A DNA stretch of 64,000 nt from a virus (IMGVR_UViG_3300032284_002843:64001-128000); one strand, 5' to 3'. Shown: positions 1-9,437, counted from the stretch's first letter. Numbers and translations: made by a program. The notes: a model not told the origin generated them from the sequence alone.

Positions 1-2
1 AC

Positions 3-386
3 TCAGCTAAATGTGAACACGTTTATCTAGGAGCAAATCAAAGTTTTGAGTTTCCATTCATAGATAATAGAATAGAAACTATGGAAAAATGGAATACAGT
101 AACTAAAGCCTTATTAGAAAAAAATATTCTAGTAACTTTAGATTTTGATCTGGATTACCTTGAGTATGTCCAATCAACTAACTTTTGTGAATATGATAAC
201 TTTATTCCACAAATTTCTATAAAAATACCAAACATTAAAAAGCTAAATCACAATGCAACTCTTAAAATTGACGATATAGATTTCAAAGCTACGAACCCGG
301 GTGTTTGGTGTCATAGATTAGAAAATCTGCAATCAACTGATACATTTACAACCTGGGACAAATATGGAAAGGATGAAACATTATGA
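3..386 (+). CDS. Conserved phage hypothetical protein, 5'-truncated by the window edge
   Basis: Frame is open upstream of ATG 81 to the window start (SAKCEHVYLGANQSF...); C-terminal DDIDFKATNPGVWCH. Confidence 0.75.
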   Translation, partial: SAKCEHVYLGANQSFEFPFIDNRIETMEKWNTVTKALLEKNILVTLDFDLDYLEYVQSTNFCEYDNFIPQISIKIPNIKKLNHNATLKIDDIDFKATNPGVWCHRLENLQSTDTFTTWDKYGKDETL

Positions 387-697
387 AAGATAGTACACTA
401 TTAGCTCAAAGAGAAAAGATTTTTGACCAATATAGAGCAGCTAGCAAGAAATGCGAGGTTATTTCGAAAGATATACAAGATATGAGAGTGACTGTTAGCA
501 GATTGCAGGAAGAATACAACAGGAGAAGTAAAGAAAAAGACTATTTAGATGCACTTATAAAAATTATGATCTATCATGATTGTGACCCCGTTGAAGCCAA
601 GCTAAAATATGACGAGGAAATTGTTGCAAAAATGGAAGGCAATTCAGAGGCCGATGCTAAATCTGCATCGCCTGGCATGGCAATAAGGAGTTGGTAA
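383..697 (+). CDS. Coiled-coil hypothetical protein, paralog of next gene
   Basis: ATGA overlap with upstream stop; DPVEAKL motif. Confidence 0.75.
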   Translation: MKDSTLLAQREKIFDQYRAASKKCEVISKDIQDMRVTVSRLQEEYNRRSKEKDYLDALIKIMIYHDCDPVEAKLKYDEEIVAKMEGNSEADAKSASPGMAIRSW

Positions 698-1194
698 TGT
701 TTAAAAAAGAAATTACAAAATCTAAATCAAGTTCAGAACAATACTTTGAGGAATATCGTAATAATGTAAAGCGCAGAAAGGCTTTACAGAAAGAAATATC
801 AGCATCTCGTAAAAAAACAGAATCGTTACATGAAGAAGCTAATCAACTTAGTAAAGAGATCTCTGCTATGCAACGCATTATTACACAAATGATAGATAAC
901 GGTTGGGATCCAGTTGAAACCAAGCTACGAGTAAATAGCGAAGATTGGGTATCAAGTTTCTGGGGCGAAGACTTTGTAAGTGGCGGTGGAACCGGAACCG
1001 GTACATTAGTAACTAGCCTTCCAGGGGGAGGCACTATAACAATGGCCGGAGTCACTCCTGTTTGTACAAACACTAATTATAACGTAACAGGCGGAGGCAC
1101 AGGAGGTGCTGCAGGTGCTGCAGGTGGTACAACCGTTTTAAACAGTGGTACAACAACTGTACGTACTAGCGGCAAAATAAAAGCATGGAAATAA
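697..1194 (+). CDS. Coiled-coil protein with Gly/Thr-rich tail
   Basis: AAGGAG 685-690, TAATG overlap; DPVETKL motif. Confidence 0.75.
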   Translation: MFKKEITKSKSSSEQYFEEYRNNVKRRKALQKEISASRKKTESLHEEANQLSKEISAMQRIITQMIDNGWDPVETKLRVNSEDWVSSFWGEDFVSGGGTGTGTLVTSLPGGGTITMAGVTPVCTNTNYNVTGGGTGGAAGAAGGTTVLNSGTTTVRTSGKIKAWK

Positions 1195-1195
1195 A

Positions 1196-1224
1196 TTGCC
1201 ATCTATCAATAGTATTTCTATAAT
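1196..1224 (+). promoter_or_regulatory. Sigma70-type promoter for folE
   Basis: TTGCCA-17 nt-TATAAT. Confidence 0.7.
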
Positions 1225-1244
1225 ATAGCAAAGGATGAAAACAA

Positions 1245-1916
1245 ATGGCAAACATAAGTGACAAAATACGTAGTAAACTAATAAAAACAGAAACGAAATA
1301 CTTTTGTAATGACAATATCAGTGATCATGTATCTGAAGCTGATTTAGAAAAACTGGTCAATGAAGTTTCAGATAAAATGGAAGGCGTTTTACAAAGTCTT
1401 GTTATTGATACAGAAAATGATCATAATACAAAAGATACTGCACATCGAGTAGCAAAAATGCTAGTGTTGGAAACATTTAGTGGCAGATATTTGCCAAAGC
1501 CAAAGATTACTGCTTTTCCAAATGTTACCGAATATGACCAAGTATATGTAACAGGTCCAATTACTATACGTTCAACCTGTGCACATCATTTTCAGGCAAT
1601 TAAAGGCAAGTGTTATGTTGGTGTATTCCCTGGTCGTAATGTTATTGGACTTAGCAAGTTCAATAGATTGGTAGATTGGATTGCATCTCGTCCTCAAATA
1701 CAAGAAGAAATGACTATCCAAATTGCTGACATAATAGAAGAAGAAACACAAGCAGAAGGTATTGCAGTACTTGTACAAGCAGAACATGGATGCATGACCA
1801 TGCGAGGAGTTAAAGAACACGAAAGCGATATGACAACTAGTGTCATGCGCGGAGTTTTTAGAGATTATCCACATCTTAAGGAAGAGTTTTTTAATATAGT
1901 TGCTAGGATGAAGTAA
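1245..1916 (+). CDS. folE: GTP cyclohydrolase I
   Basis: CAHHF, GLSKFNR, RPQIQE and HGCMTMRGV motifs. Confidence 0.97.
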   Translation: MANISDKIRSKLIKTETKYFCNDNISDHVSEADLEKLVNEVSDKMEGVLQSLVIDTENDHNTKDTAHRVAKMLVLETFSGRYLPKPKITAFPNVTEYDQVYVTGPITIRSTCAHHFQAIKGKCYVGVFPGRNVIGLSKFNRLVDWIASRPQIQEEMTIQIADIIEEETQAEGIAVLVQAEHGCMTMRGVKEHESDMTTSVMRGVFRDYPHLKEEFFNIVARMK

Positions 1917-1917
1917 C

Positions 1918-2235
1918 ATGATTAAAGTCAAAAGATTTAAAGAACTTCAACTATCAAACCCATTATACGAGGATACATACTATTGCAGCTATGATGCCAG
2001 GCAACCTCGTGTACTAGGACATAGAGTGTTCATTCCTAAAGAGAACACTACTGTAAATTTAAATCACGCATTTCATTCTGCTTATAAATTTGGTACTGCC
2101 CAAGTTGAAATGAACAGATGGGCTGGATTTAAATTATTAATAGAACACGGCGAAGCAGCAGGGGCTGAATATAATTGGCCACACATACATTTGCTGCCTA
2201 TACCAAATAAAGAAAAAGAGGAAACTAATGCCTAA
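1918..2235 (+). CDS. HIT-family nucleotide hydrolase-like protein
   Basis: GHRVFIPK, GEAAG and WPHIHLLP (histidine-triad variant). Confidence 0.65.
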   Translation: MIKVKRFKELQLSNPLYEDTYYCSYDARQPRVLGHRVFIPKENTTVNLNHAFHSAYKFGTAQVEMNRWAGFKLLIEHGEAAGAEYNWPHIHLLPIPNKEKEETNA

Positions 2236-2737
2236 CACACCAGTAACATACAAATATGTAAGCACGAAGGAATATCACAATGCATTTCCCTGTGCATATA
2301 GACAATGGAGAGCAGATAGTCATTGCAATACAATCCATGGCTATGCATTTTCAATGAAATTTTATTTTGGTACTGACCAATTAGACGTAAGAAATTGGGT
2401 AGCAGACTACGGCGGGCTAAAAGAACTTAAGAACTTTTTAGAAGATAAATTTGACCACACCCTGCTAGTTGCACAGGATGATCCCGAGCTAGAAACATTT
2501 AAGCTGCTAGAGCAGAAAAAGATGGCCAAGCTTACCATCCTTCCTAGACTAGGTTGCGAAAGCCTTGCTGACATCCTATACAAATATGTAAATGGTGTAT
2601 TCATTCCAGACATGTGGGGTCAGGGCGAAGCTGCAAGGCTATGGTGTTTCCGAGTAGAAGTACGCGAAACAGTTGCTAATATGGCTTTTAGAGAAGGTCA
2701 TAGAGAATGGAACGAAGATTTGTTTGAAGGATTATAA
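2228..2737 (+). CDS. queD: 6-carboxytetrahydropterin synthase (QueD/PTPS)
   Basis: HCNTIHGY, DYGGLK, FDHTLL, CESLA, VRET; adjacent to folE. Confidence 0.92.
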   Translation: MPNTPVTYKYVSTKEYHNAFPCAYRQWRADSHCNTIHGYAFSMKFYFGTDQLDVRNWVADYGGLKELKNFLEDKFDHTLLVAQDDPELETFKLLEQKKMAKLTILPRLGCESLADILYKYVNGVFIPDMWGQGEAARLWCFRVEVRETVANMAFREGHREWNEDLFEGL

Positions 2738-2738
2738 T

Positions 2739-2900
2739 ATGGCCGAAATTAAAACATATATAGCAAAGGTTGCCGAAGAGAATGGTGAACTAATGTTGGT
2801 ATTTCCACCAGAAATGCTAGCCGAGCTTGGTTGGCAAGAAGGAGATAATATTGTTTGGGATGTGAGAGACGATGCTATCGTGGTTAAAAAGGAAGATTAA
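2739..2900 (+). CDS. AbrB/SpoVT/MazE-like small DNA-binding protein
   Basis: LVFPPEMLAELGWQEGDNIVW swapped-hairpin pattern; ATG 2739 follows queD stop. Confidence 0.7.
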   Translation: MAEIKTYIAKVAEENGELMLVFPPEMLAELGWQEGDNIVWDVRDDAIVVKKED

Positions 2901-2901
2901 A

Positions 2902-3351
2902 ATGGCATGGCATGGTGTACCCTATCCAGGTCAAATTAATACTACTTCTCTTAATCTTAACAGCAGTGGAACTAATTTCAACTTTAATACCTTAACTACT
3001 CAAAATTTTACTATAACTAATGGACCACCTGCTGCAATTCAAATAAATGCACCAACTACAGGAGAACCTGTTTTAAAAATACATAACGATGGAAAAATTG
3101 AATATACAGGAAAGCCAAGTGTTGCTGCAGAAGCATTCTTAAAAGCATTTGGCAGCAATATTGATATCAACGCTGCCGGAAAATTAGCACTTGAAAAAAC
3201 CTATAGACGTGCTATAGAACGTTGTTTAACTCAAGCCAAATCTATGTCACATGACGATTTTATAGCAATGTTAGAAAATGAGTTGGACACCAGAAAAAGC
3301 AAAGCTGTGCTAATGAGATTGCAAGAACCAACAGAGTCAGATAATATATAG
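2902..3351 (+). CDS. Hypothetical protein
   Basis: ATG right after upstream stop, with RBS; Asn/Thr-rich N terminus. Confidence 0.7.
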   Translation: MAWHGVPYPGQINTTSLNLNSSGTNFNFNTLTTQNFTITNGPPAAIQINAPTTGEPVLKIHNDGKIEYTGKPSVAAEAFLKAFGSNIDINAAGKLALEKTYRRAIERCLTQAKSMSHDDFIAMLENELDTRKSKAVLMRLQEPTESDNI

Positions 3352-3366
3352 GCACAGGAGACTTAG

Positions 3367-3843
3367 ATGATTGAAACTGTTGCATACATATTGGAATATT
3401 ATGGACGAAAACGCGAAATCTATGATAGAGAGACCAATCAACTATATCTAACTCGTTACTATCTTTTTTTAAAGGATAGAAAAAAGTTTCCATTTAACGT
3501 TTTCCTGCACAAGTTTCATCAGAGCGACGATCCTATACTACACGATCATCCATGGAACTATATTACTATAATAGTTAAAGGTGGTTATTGGGAATGGGTT
3601 CCTGAATATGATATAGATAATAACATAATAGGCGAAAGAAAAATTTGGCGCAGTCGAGGACATATACGTCGATGCAAAGCAGAGAGCTATCATAGAATAG
3701 AACTAGAACCAGATGTAGATTGTTGGACCATTTTTATACCAGGAATACAACGTAGACATTGGGGATTTTTACAGCATGATGGTAGTTGGTCTGGACAACA
3801 CTGGATTAAGAATGAAGAATATATGATTTCAAGGCAGACATAA
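3367..3843 (+). CDS. Cupin-fold metal-binding protein
   Basis: LHDHPW...GGYWE...YHRIEL cupin motifs; AGGAG RBS. Confidence 0.75.
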   Translation: MIETVAYILEYYGRKREIYDRETNQLYLTRYYLFLKDRKKFPFNVFLHKFHQSDDPILHDHPWNYITIIVKGGYWEWVPEYDIDNNIIGERKIWRSRGHIRRCKAESYHRIELEPDVDCWTIFIPGIQRRHWGFLQHDGSWSGQHWIKNEEYMISRQT

Positions 3844-3845
3844 TA

Positions 3846-3874
3846 TTGTCAAATGCTTTAGTTAGAATTATAAT
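3846..3874 (+). promoter_or_regulatory. Sigma70-type promoter for queE
   Basis: TTGTCA-17 nt-TATAAT. Confidence 0.7.
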
Positions 3875-3900
3875 TGTAATTGAAATCAAAAAGGATTAAA

Positions 3901-4767
3901 ATGTTTGGAAAGAATGAGATCGTTGGGAAGAAATATTTTGATAACGCTGGTGATAAGGTATTTGTCACCAGTGTGTTCATGACACTACAGGGAGAAGGAC
4001 CATATCGTGGTGAACCTGCTGTATTTGTTAGATTTGCTAAGTGCAATCTCAACTGTAGCTTCTGTGATACTTGGTTTGATAGCGGTGACTGGCTGACATT
4101 TGAAGAACTTGATGCAAAGATTTTTAACGCTATCAAATCAGCATATAATGATAAAGTTCCCACTTGGTTATTTGATCCAGGCAGAAATGAAATGCAGTAT
4201 GGTTGTGGCCTAGTTATTACCGGCGGTGAACCAATGCTCCAGAAGAACATTAATGAACTATTGTATCGTTATGAAAGCGTGTTTGCATGGACGCAGATTG
4301 AGAGCAATGGCACAAGTCATCAGCTATTGCCATACTCAACTACTTTAGTAATAAGTCCTAAGTGCAGCGAAAAGAATGGCAAGCCAGTCAAGTATCTAGA
4401 ACCAAATAAAGATGTTTTAGCTAGAGCAAACTGTCTTAAGTTCGTTATGAACGCTGATCCAGCAAGTCCATATAGCAGCATTCCTGAATGGGCACTAGCA
4501 TGGAGAAAACAAACAGGCAAACCAATATTTGTAAGCCCTATGAACATTTACAATAAAGAACCAGAACGTAATAAATCACAAAAACTTTCGGCGAATGATC
4601 GCAGCCTTGAGCAACGCAGTGTCGAAGATGAAGTCATATCGTTTTGGTCTGAGGGCTTACTAAATATGGAACAGAATAAAATCAACCACGAGTATGCAGC
4701 TCGCTATTGTTTAGAGCATGGTTGTATTTTGAATCTACAATTGCATTTGTATGCATCTCTAGCGTAA
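3901..4767 (+). CDS. queE: 7-carboxy-7-deazaguanine synthase (radical SAM)
   Basis: TLQGEGP, CNLNCSFCDT, TGGEP, ESNG, SPK, LQLH; AAGGA RBS before ATG 3901. Confidence 0.93.
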   Translation: MFGKNEIVGKKYFDNAGDKVFVTSVFMTLQGEGPYRGEPAVFVRFAKCNLNCSFCDTWFDSGDWLTFEELDAKIFNAIKSAYNDKVPTWLFDPGRNEMQYGCGLVITGGEPMLQKNINELLYRYESVFAWTQIESNGTSHQLLPYSTTLVISPKCSEKNGKPVKYLEPNKDVLARANCLKFVMNADPASPYSSIPEWALAWRKQTGKPIFVSPMNIYNKEPERNKSQKLSANDRSLEQRSVEDEVISFWSEGLLNMEQNKINHEYAARYCLEHGCILNLQLHLYASLA

Positions 4768-4777
4768 GGAATATAAA

Positions 4778-5017
4778 ATGCCTAAAAAGAATACCATACA
4801 TATTGTTGATTGCGATGATTGGGCTGGTTTATATATTAACAATAAGCTAGTGTTCGAAGATCATTCTATACCTACTAAAACATTATCTAAGATTCTTAAT
4901 GAGAATAAACCAACCAAAGATATTGTTCATATAGCTGCTGATCCAGACTGGATGTATGAAGTTGGCACCTTACCTGATAATTTAAAAGATGCAGTGCATG
5001 ATTCGCACAATGAATAA
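4778..5017 (+). CDS. Hypothetical protein
   Basis: ORF with RBS in operon context. Confidence 0.7.
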   Translation: MPKKNTIHIVDCDDWAGLYINNKLVFEDHSIPTKTLSKILNENKPTKDIVHIAADPDWMYEVGTLPDNLKDAVHDSHNE

Positions 5018-5027
5018 AGGATAAACA

Positions 5028-5606
5028 ATGAAAATACCATTTGGACTATTACCTGGGTCATGGGGACTCACAGGCAAGACTAGAAAGATAGCAGAAGCTG
5101 AATATTATTATACAGGTTATCAGCTTGATCTAGAGTTAGCATTGATACATAATGAAACTGATCAAGCCAAAGCTAAGGCATTATTAGAAATTGATAAAAA
5201 ATATAATAAGATTTCAGAATATCAGTATGACCAACGCTTGGCTAAATTAGATAATACTGATGAAACCAAACAAAAAGTAGCATTATTAGATGTTGAACTT
5301 AAACATGGCAAAATTACACAGATAGAACACGAAAAGAAACGTGCAGATCTCTTAAAAGAGCCATGGATCAGCATGCCAAAGATAAGTTGGGATCCAATCA
5401 ACAAACAAAAAACGTTTTTTGAATTAGATTACAATGATTATTTCATTCAATATCTTAGAGACAACAACTACACAGGAACCGATGACGAAATCCTCAATCA
5501 TTGGCTAAATGACATTTGTATCAGTGTAATTGAAGAAATTAACGGCGTGGATGTTAGTATGGCTACACCAACTAGGCGCGGCGATAAAGACCAAGATCAA
5601 CAGTAA
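5028..5606 (+). CDS. Conserved phage hypothetical protein
   Basis: ORF with RBS; KEPW and FFELDYNDYF motifs. Confidence 0.75.
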   Translation: MKIPFGLLPGSWGLTGKTRKIAEAEYYYTGYQLDLELALIHNETDQAKAKALLEIDKKYNKISEYQYDQRLAKLDNTDETKQKVALLDVELKHGKITQIEHEKKRADLLKEPWISMPKISWDPINKQKTFFELDYNDYFIQYLRDNNYTGTDDEILNHWLNDICISVIEEINGVDVSMATPTRRGDKDQDQQ

Positions 5607-5612
5607 AAACGC

Positions 5613-5641
5613 TTGATTTGTTATGCTATATATAATACTAT
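5613..5641 (+). promoter_or_regulatory. Sigma70-type promoter
   Basis: TTGATT-17 nt-TACTAT upstream of RNase H. Confidence 0.5.
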
Positions 5642-5669
5642 AGTATAGTATAATAGCTAGGAACAAATT

Positions 5670-6668
5670 GTGACCACATATATACTGATTGATACACAAA
5701 ACCTTTTTATGCGTGTTAGACACGGAGTTAAGGCTCCTGATTCTGACCAACAGTTTCAGTTGGCACTTCATATTGTTTTTAACAGTATTAAAAAAGTTTG
5801 GAATCAGTTTGATGCTACCCACACAGTTTTTTGTCTAGAAGGTAGAAGCTGGCGTAAGGATGTCTATGGGCCATATAAGGCTAATAGAAAAGTTGCGGCT
5901 ATGAACCGTACTCCGCGAGAAATTGAAGAAGATAAAAACTTTTTCGAAGTTATGGATCATTTTATCCAATTTATTAAAAATCAAACTAACTGCACGATGC
6001 TTCGTCATCCTAATGCAGAAGCAGATGATATGATTGCTAGATGGATAGACCTGCATCCAAATGATCAACATATTATTATCAGCAGCGATAGCGATTTCCA
6101 GCAGTTGATCGCTAGTAATGTAAAGATTTACAATGGTATTGCAGGCTTGCTGTATACCACCGAAGGCATTTATGACAAAGACGGCAACATTGCTAAAAAC
6201 AAAAAAGGCAATGATTTGCCTAAACCAGATCCAGAATGGTTTTTGTTTGAGAAATGCATGCGTGGAGACGACGGAGATAATGTAATGAGTGCATATCCAG
6301 GTGTTAGAACCAAAAAGCTTCAAGAAGCTTATGCTGACAGGCACACTAAAGGATTTGCGTGGAATAACATCATGCTTAGTAAATGGACTGATCATGAGAA
6401 TCAAGATCATAGGGTTAAGGACGATTATGAGCGTAATCGTCTGTTAATTGATCTACGTCTCCAACCTGCCGATTTAATTGAAAAGTGGGATCAAACCATT
6501 GCAGAATCTATTGTAACAGAACACAAGAAACAAGTTGGCATTGCACTTATGAAATTCTGTAACCTGCACGGCCTAGTTAGAATTGAAAAAGCAGTGCAAG
6601 AATTTAGTCCATGCCTGAGTAGTTTTTATGCTGGTCCACTATTAGAAGTCAAAAATCCCGCTGTATAG
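5670..6668 (+). CDS. rnh: T4 RNase H-like 5'-3' exonuclease/flap endonuclease
   Basis: ILID, YKANR, EADD, SSDSDF and GDDGDNV motifs. Confidence 0.92.
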   Translation: MTTYILIDTQNLFMRVRHGVKAPDSDQQFQLALHIVFNSIKKVWNQFDATHTVFCLEGRSWRKDVYGPYKANRKVAAMNRTPREIEEDKNFFEVMDHFIQFIKNQTNCTMLRHPNAEADDMIARWIDLHPNDQHIIISSDSDFQQLIASNVKIYNGIAGLLYTTEGIYDKDGNIAKNKKGNDLPKPDPEWFLFEKCMRGDDGDNVMSAYPGVRTKKLQEAYADRHTKGFAWNNIMLSKWTDHENQDHRVKDDYERNRLLIDLRLQPADLIEKWDQTIAESIVTEHKKQVGIALMKFCNLHGLVRIEKAVQEFSPCLSSFYAGPLLEVKNPAV

Positions 6669-6679
6669 ATAAATATTTT

Positions 6680-7231
6680 GTGTTAAACGGAAACTTACAA
6701 TCCGTAATAGAGACTATACAGGAAGCAACCAATCCTGAGATTTATCATTTTAGGCGTGGTTCACATCCTGGGCAAAAGTATTACATAAAGACCATTATTC
6801 CTGGACCAAAAATTATAAATGACGACACCTATGTCTTCTGGCAATTTTGGGAAACACTGGCTAAGAAATATCCACGTATCATTAAATTGGTAGACTGTGC
6901 ATACGATTGGTCAGGTAAAACTATTGCTAATTGGTGGACTATATGGTTGGAAGAACGAATAGACATAGTATGGTCTTGGTCACGCACCGACGGAATAGAT
7001 TTCCATCTAATTGATTATGACATCGGAATCAAATACAGTGGTCTTAAAGCTATTGAAATTTTATCTGACACTGTGGATAGACAGTCGCCAGAAGATATAG
7101 TAAGCTTGAGTCAGTTACAAGAAATCGCAGACTTTTTGTATCACTATACTAGTGAGAGAATGGCTGAGATAAATCGTAAAAAAATACACATTGTTGAAAC
7201 TGATCATGTACAGCATAAAACCAATTACTGA
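6680..7231 (+). CDS. Hypothetical protein
   Basis: 183-aa ORF; GATAAATA at 6668-6675 directly upstream. Confidence 0.65.
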   Translation: MLNGNLQSVIETIQEATNPEIYHFRRGSHPGQKYYIKTIIPGPKIINDDTYVFWQFWETLAKKYPRIIKLVDCAYDWSGKTIANWWTIWLEERIDIVWSWSRTDGIDFHLIDYDIGIKYSGLKAIEILSDTVDRQSPEDIVSLSQLQEIADFLYHYTSERMAEINRKKIHIVETDHVQHKTNY

Positions 7232-7676
7232 GACCAGTTGGATTCTTACCAAAGATGGTGAGAAGACTGCCGTTATTACACAAACTGAAAAAGGAATTTC
7301 AGTTTTAGGCAGTGTGCCTAAGAAAAAACACGAAACGCTAAACGATCTCATTCAATATCTTGGCAATGACGTTACCATTGAGGCTCCAACTCAACAGGAG
7401 ATTGAAAAAGAAGCTGCAGAGATTAACGGATTTCCTATCAAGCACGATGTTTGTTATGACGTGCAAAATGAACCAATAGCTAACTACACAAGAACTAAAA
7501 ATAGTTCTATCAAATATGCCGCAGGTTATTTTGCTCTAAAATTTAAACACGGCTGGACTGCTAGTTTTTGTCCTAAATTATCAACACTAGCGGAGTATGA
7601 ATATTTGGGGCCATTTAAATCCAAGCTTGAAATGCAAAATAGCATTAGTCAAAAGAATTCAAGTTCAAATGTTTAA
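7206..7676 (+). CDS. Conserved phage hypothetical protein
   Basis: YAAGYF...FCPKL...GPFKS motif; ATG 7206 chosen over TTG 7191. Confidence 0.75.
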   Translation: MYSIKPITETSWILTKDGEKTAVITQTEKGISVLGSVPKKKHETLNDLIQYLGNDVTIEAPTQQEIEKEAAEINGFPIKHDVCYDVQNEPIANYTRTKNSSIKYAAGYFALKFKHGWTASFCPKLSTLAEYEYLGPFKSKLEMQNSISQKNSSSNV

Positions 7677-8103
7677 AATAGACAGCTTTTCGGGCGATTA
7701 TAAATTCCTGAGCAATTTTTATCCATGCTCTGTTGAATTAGATGGCATCGTTTATCCTACCGTTGAGCATGCTTATCAAGCAGCTAAAACAATTGATCCA
7801 CATGAACGCCAAATAATCTTAGAAACACCGCAGCCAAACATAGCAAAAAAGCTTGGTAGATATTGTACCATACGCAAAGACTGGGACGATGTTAAGCTAT
7901 CTGTTATGAGCGACTTAGTTTGGCAAAAATTCAGTGGTGATGAGACCTTAAAATCCCAACTGTTAGCAACAGGTGACGCAGAATTGGTAGAAGGCAACTG
8001 GTGGAATGATACCTACTGGGGCGTTTGCCGAGGGCAAGGTCATAACAACCTTGGAAAAATCCTAATGTTGGTGCGAAATGAGCTTAAGAACATTCATATG
8101 TAA
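7669..8103 (+). CDS. NADAR (YbiA/DUF1768) family N-glycosidase
   Basis: FLSNFY, TVEHAYQAAK, KF, LLATGDAELVE, DTYWG, GHNNLGKILM. Confidence 0.93.
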   Translation: MFKIDSFSGDYKFLSNFYPCSVELDGIVYPTVEHAYQAAKTIDPHERQIILETPQPNIAKKLGRYCTIRKDWDDVKLSVMSDLVWQKFSGDETLKSQLLATGDAELVEGNWWNDTYWGVCRGQGHNNLGKILMLVRNELKNIHM

Positions 8104-8314
8104 ACCTTTTATGGATCATTTAACTTTTTCTAAGAGCTACATAGTGCATATCTTTAGCGAAGAAAAATTAATTTATGCAGCTATCAACAACATTTACCCG
8201 GATAGAAATGAATCTGACAGAGTTAATTTCTTAAATAAAAGGCTAGACGAAATTAAACAACCTCCTCTTAGTGAATATGAAATTGTATATCATAAACTAA
8301 CCAAAGGTTACTAG
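8078..8314 (+). CDS. Small hypothetical protein, paralog of next gene (start may be 8111)
   Basis: C-terminal PPLSEYEIVYHKLTKGY. Confidence 0.6.
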   Translation: MSLRTFICKPFMDHLTFSKSYIVHIFSEEKLIYAAINNIYPDRNESDRVNFLNKRLDEIKQPPLSEYEIVYHKLTKGY

Positions 8315-8316
8315 CT

Positions 8317-8574
8317 ATGAGCTTAAGAAACATTCAAATCAATCCTACATTTGATCCAAACTCTTTTGAACCTATATTATGTTTTATGGTAAAGAAAGAA
8401 GATACAGTGGTTTTCTCTGAACAGCTCGTATTACAAATATCGGGAGATTATCCCATTGAAAATCCCATAGATACCACTCTAAATATTTTAAATAGCTTGC
8501 TAGTAGGACAAGGAGAGCCACCATTAACTACTGAAGAAATCGTTTTATACAAACTTACTAAGGATTATCAATGA
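8317..8574 (+). CDS. Small hypothetical protein
   Basis: C-terminal PPLTTEEIVLYKLTKDY. Confidence 0.65.
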   Translation: MSLRNIQINPTFDPNSFEPILCFMVKKEDTVVFSEQLVLQISGDYPIENPIDTTLNILNSLLVGQGEPPLTTEEIVLYKLTKDYQ

Positions 8575-8795
8575 GCACATCACCACTTGAGGCGTTTATT
8601 AAAAAATATCAAACAGCAAAAAGCTATAATAGTAAAGAAATACGATTAACAGTTGCAGAAGCGGAAGAACTTAGCACTGCTATTGCATTAGCACTAAGTA
8701 AAATTGCTAACAACCAAGACAAAATAATAGAATTGCAGGAAAGACTTTTAGACAAATCATTAGAAGTTGATATCAGCGGTGGTGGTTTTCGTTGA
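8571..8795 (+). CDS. Conserved phage hypothetical protein
   Basis: ATGA overlap; SKEIRLT...DISGGGF. Confidence 0.7.
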   Translation: MSTSPLEAFIKKYQTAKSYNSKEIRLTVAEAEELSTAIALALSKIANNQDKIIELQERLLDKSLEVDISGGGFR

Positions 8796-8819
8796 CAGAT
8801 TCTAAGTTTTATGTAACTT
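8792..8819 (+). promoter_or_regulatory. Sigma70-type promoter, probably leaderless transcript
   Basis: TTGACA-16 nt-TAACTT, 6 nt before ATG 8826; no RBS. Confidence 0.55.
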
Positions 8820-8825
8820 AGATAT

Positions 8826-9437
8826 ATGCAAGACTATACAATAAGATTTAAACCTTTAGCAGATTCTAATATGATAAATCTGCTTGATGATATAGGTATT
8901 AAAACCAATATAGAAACAGGGCCTTGGATATCAGGTGGTACGGCTAGGCGTCTCTGGTTTAATGAACCTTGGCAAAACGCTGATATAGATTTGTTTTTTC
9001 AAGATGAAGCTAGCTTTAGTCTAGTTTCAAGCAATCTATGGCTGTATGCAAATGCCCATAATCAAGAAACACCACACATAACAAAAAATGCTGTGACTTA
9101 TAAATTTGAATACAAAGGTCAGGAACTCAAGATTCAGTGTATCAATAAAAAATATCACAGAGATATAATTGATGTTTGGGAAACCTTTGACTGGACTGTT
9201 TGCTGCTTTGCCGTTGCAGATAATATCATAATGGCTAGCAATCTTGCATTAACAGATTGTAGGGACAAAATACTGAGAATGGTGCCTAACAGCACACGTA
9301 AAATAGACGGCAGGCGTGTTACCAAATATGGAATTTATGGTTTTAACCCAACTAAAAACATTCTGCAAGAACTTTGTAAGCAACGAACAGAACAAATAAT
9401 CACACAAAATTGGGCAAATGAAGATGATTATACCTAA
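8826..9437 (+). CDS. Pol-beta superfamily nucleotidyltransferase (CCA/poly(A) polymerase head-like)
   Basis: ISGGTAR...ADIDLF and FDWTVC motifs. Confidence 0.75.
   Translation: MQDYTIRFKPLADSNMINLLDDIGIKTNIETGPWISGGTARRLWFNEPWQNADIDLFFQDEASFSLVSSNLWLYANAHNQETPHITKNAVTYKFEYKGQELKIQCINKKYHRDIIDVWETFDWTVCCFAVADNIIMASNLALTDCRDKILRMVPNSTRKIDGRRVTKYGIYGFNPTKNILQELCKQRTEQIITQNWANEDDYT

Noticed and set aside
1100-1130. AGGTGCTGC tandem repeat
   Set aside because: Explained by the Gly-Ala-Ala coding repeat.
5835-6410. 191-aa - strand ORF and similar antisense ORFs (for example 27708-28208, 3858-4250)
   Set aside because: Fully opposite well-supported genes; no recognisable motifs.
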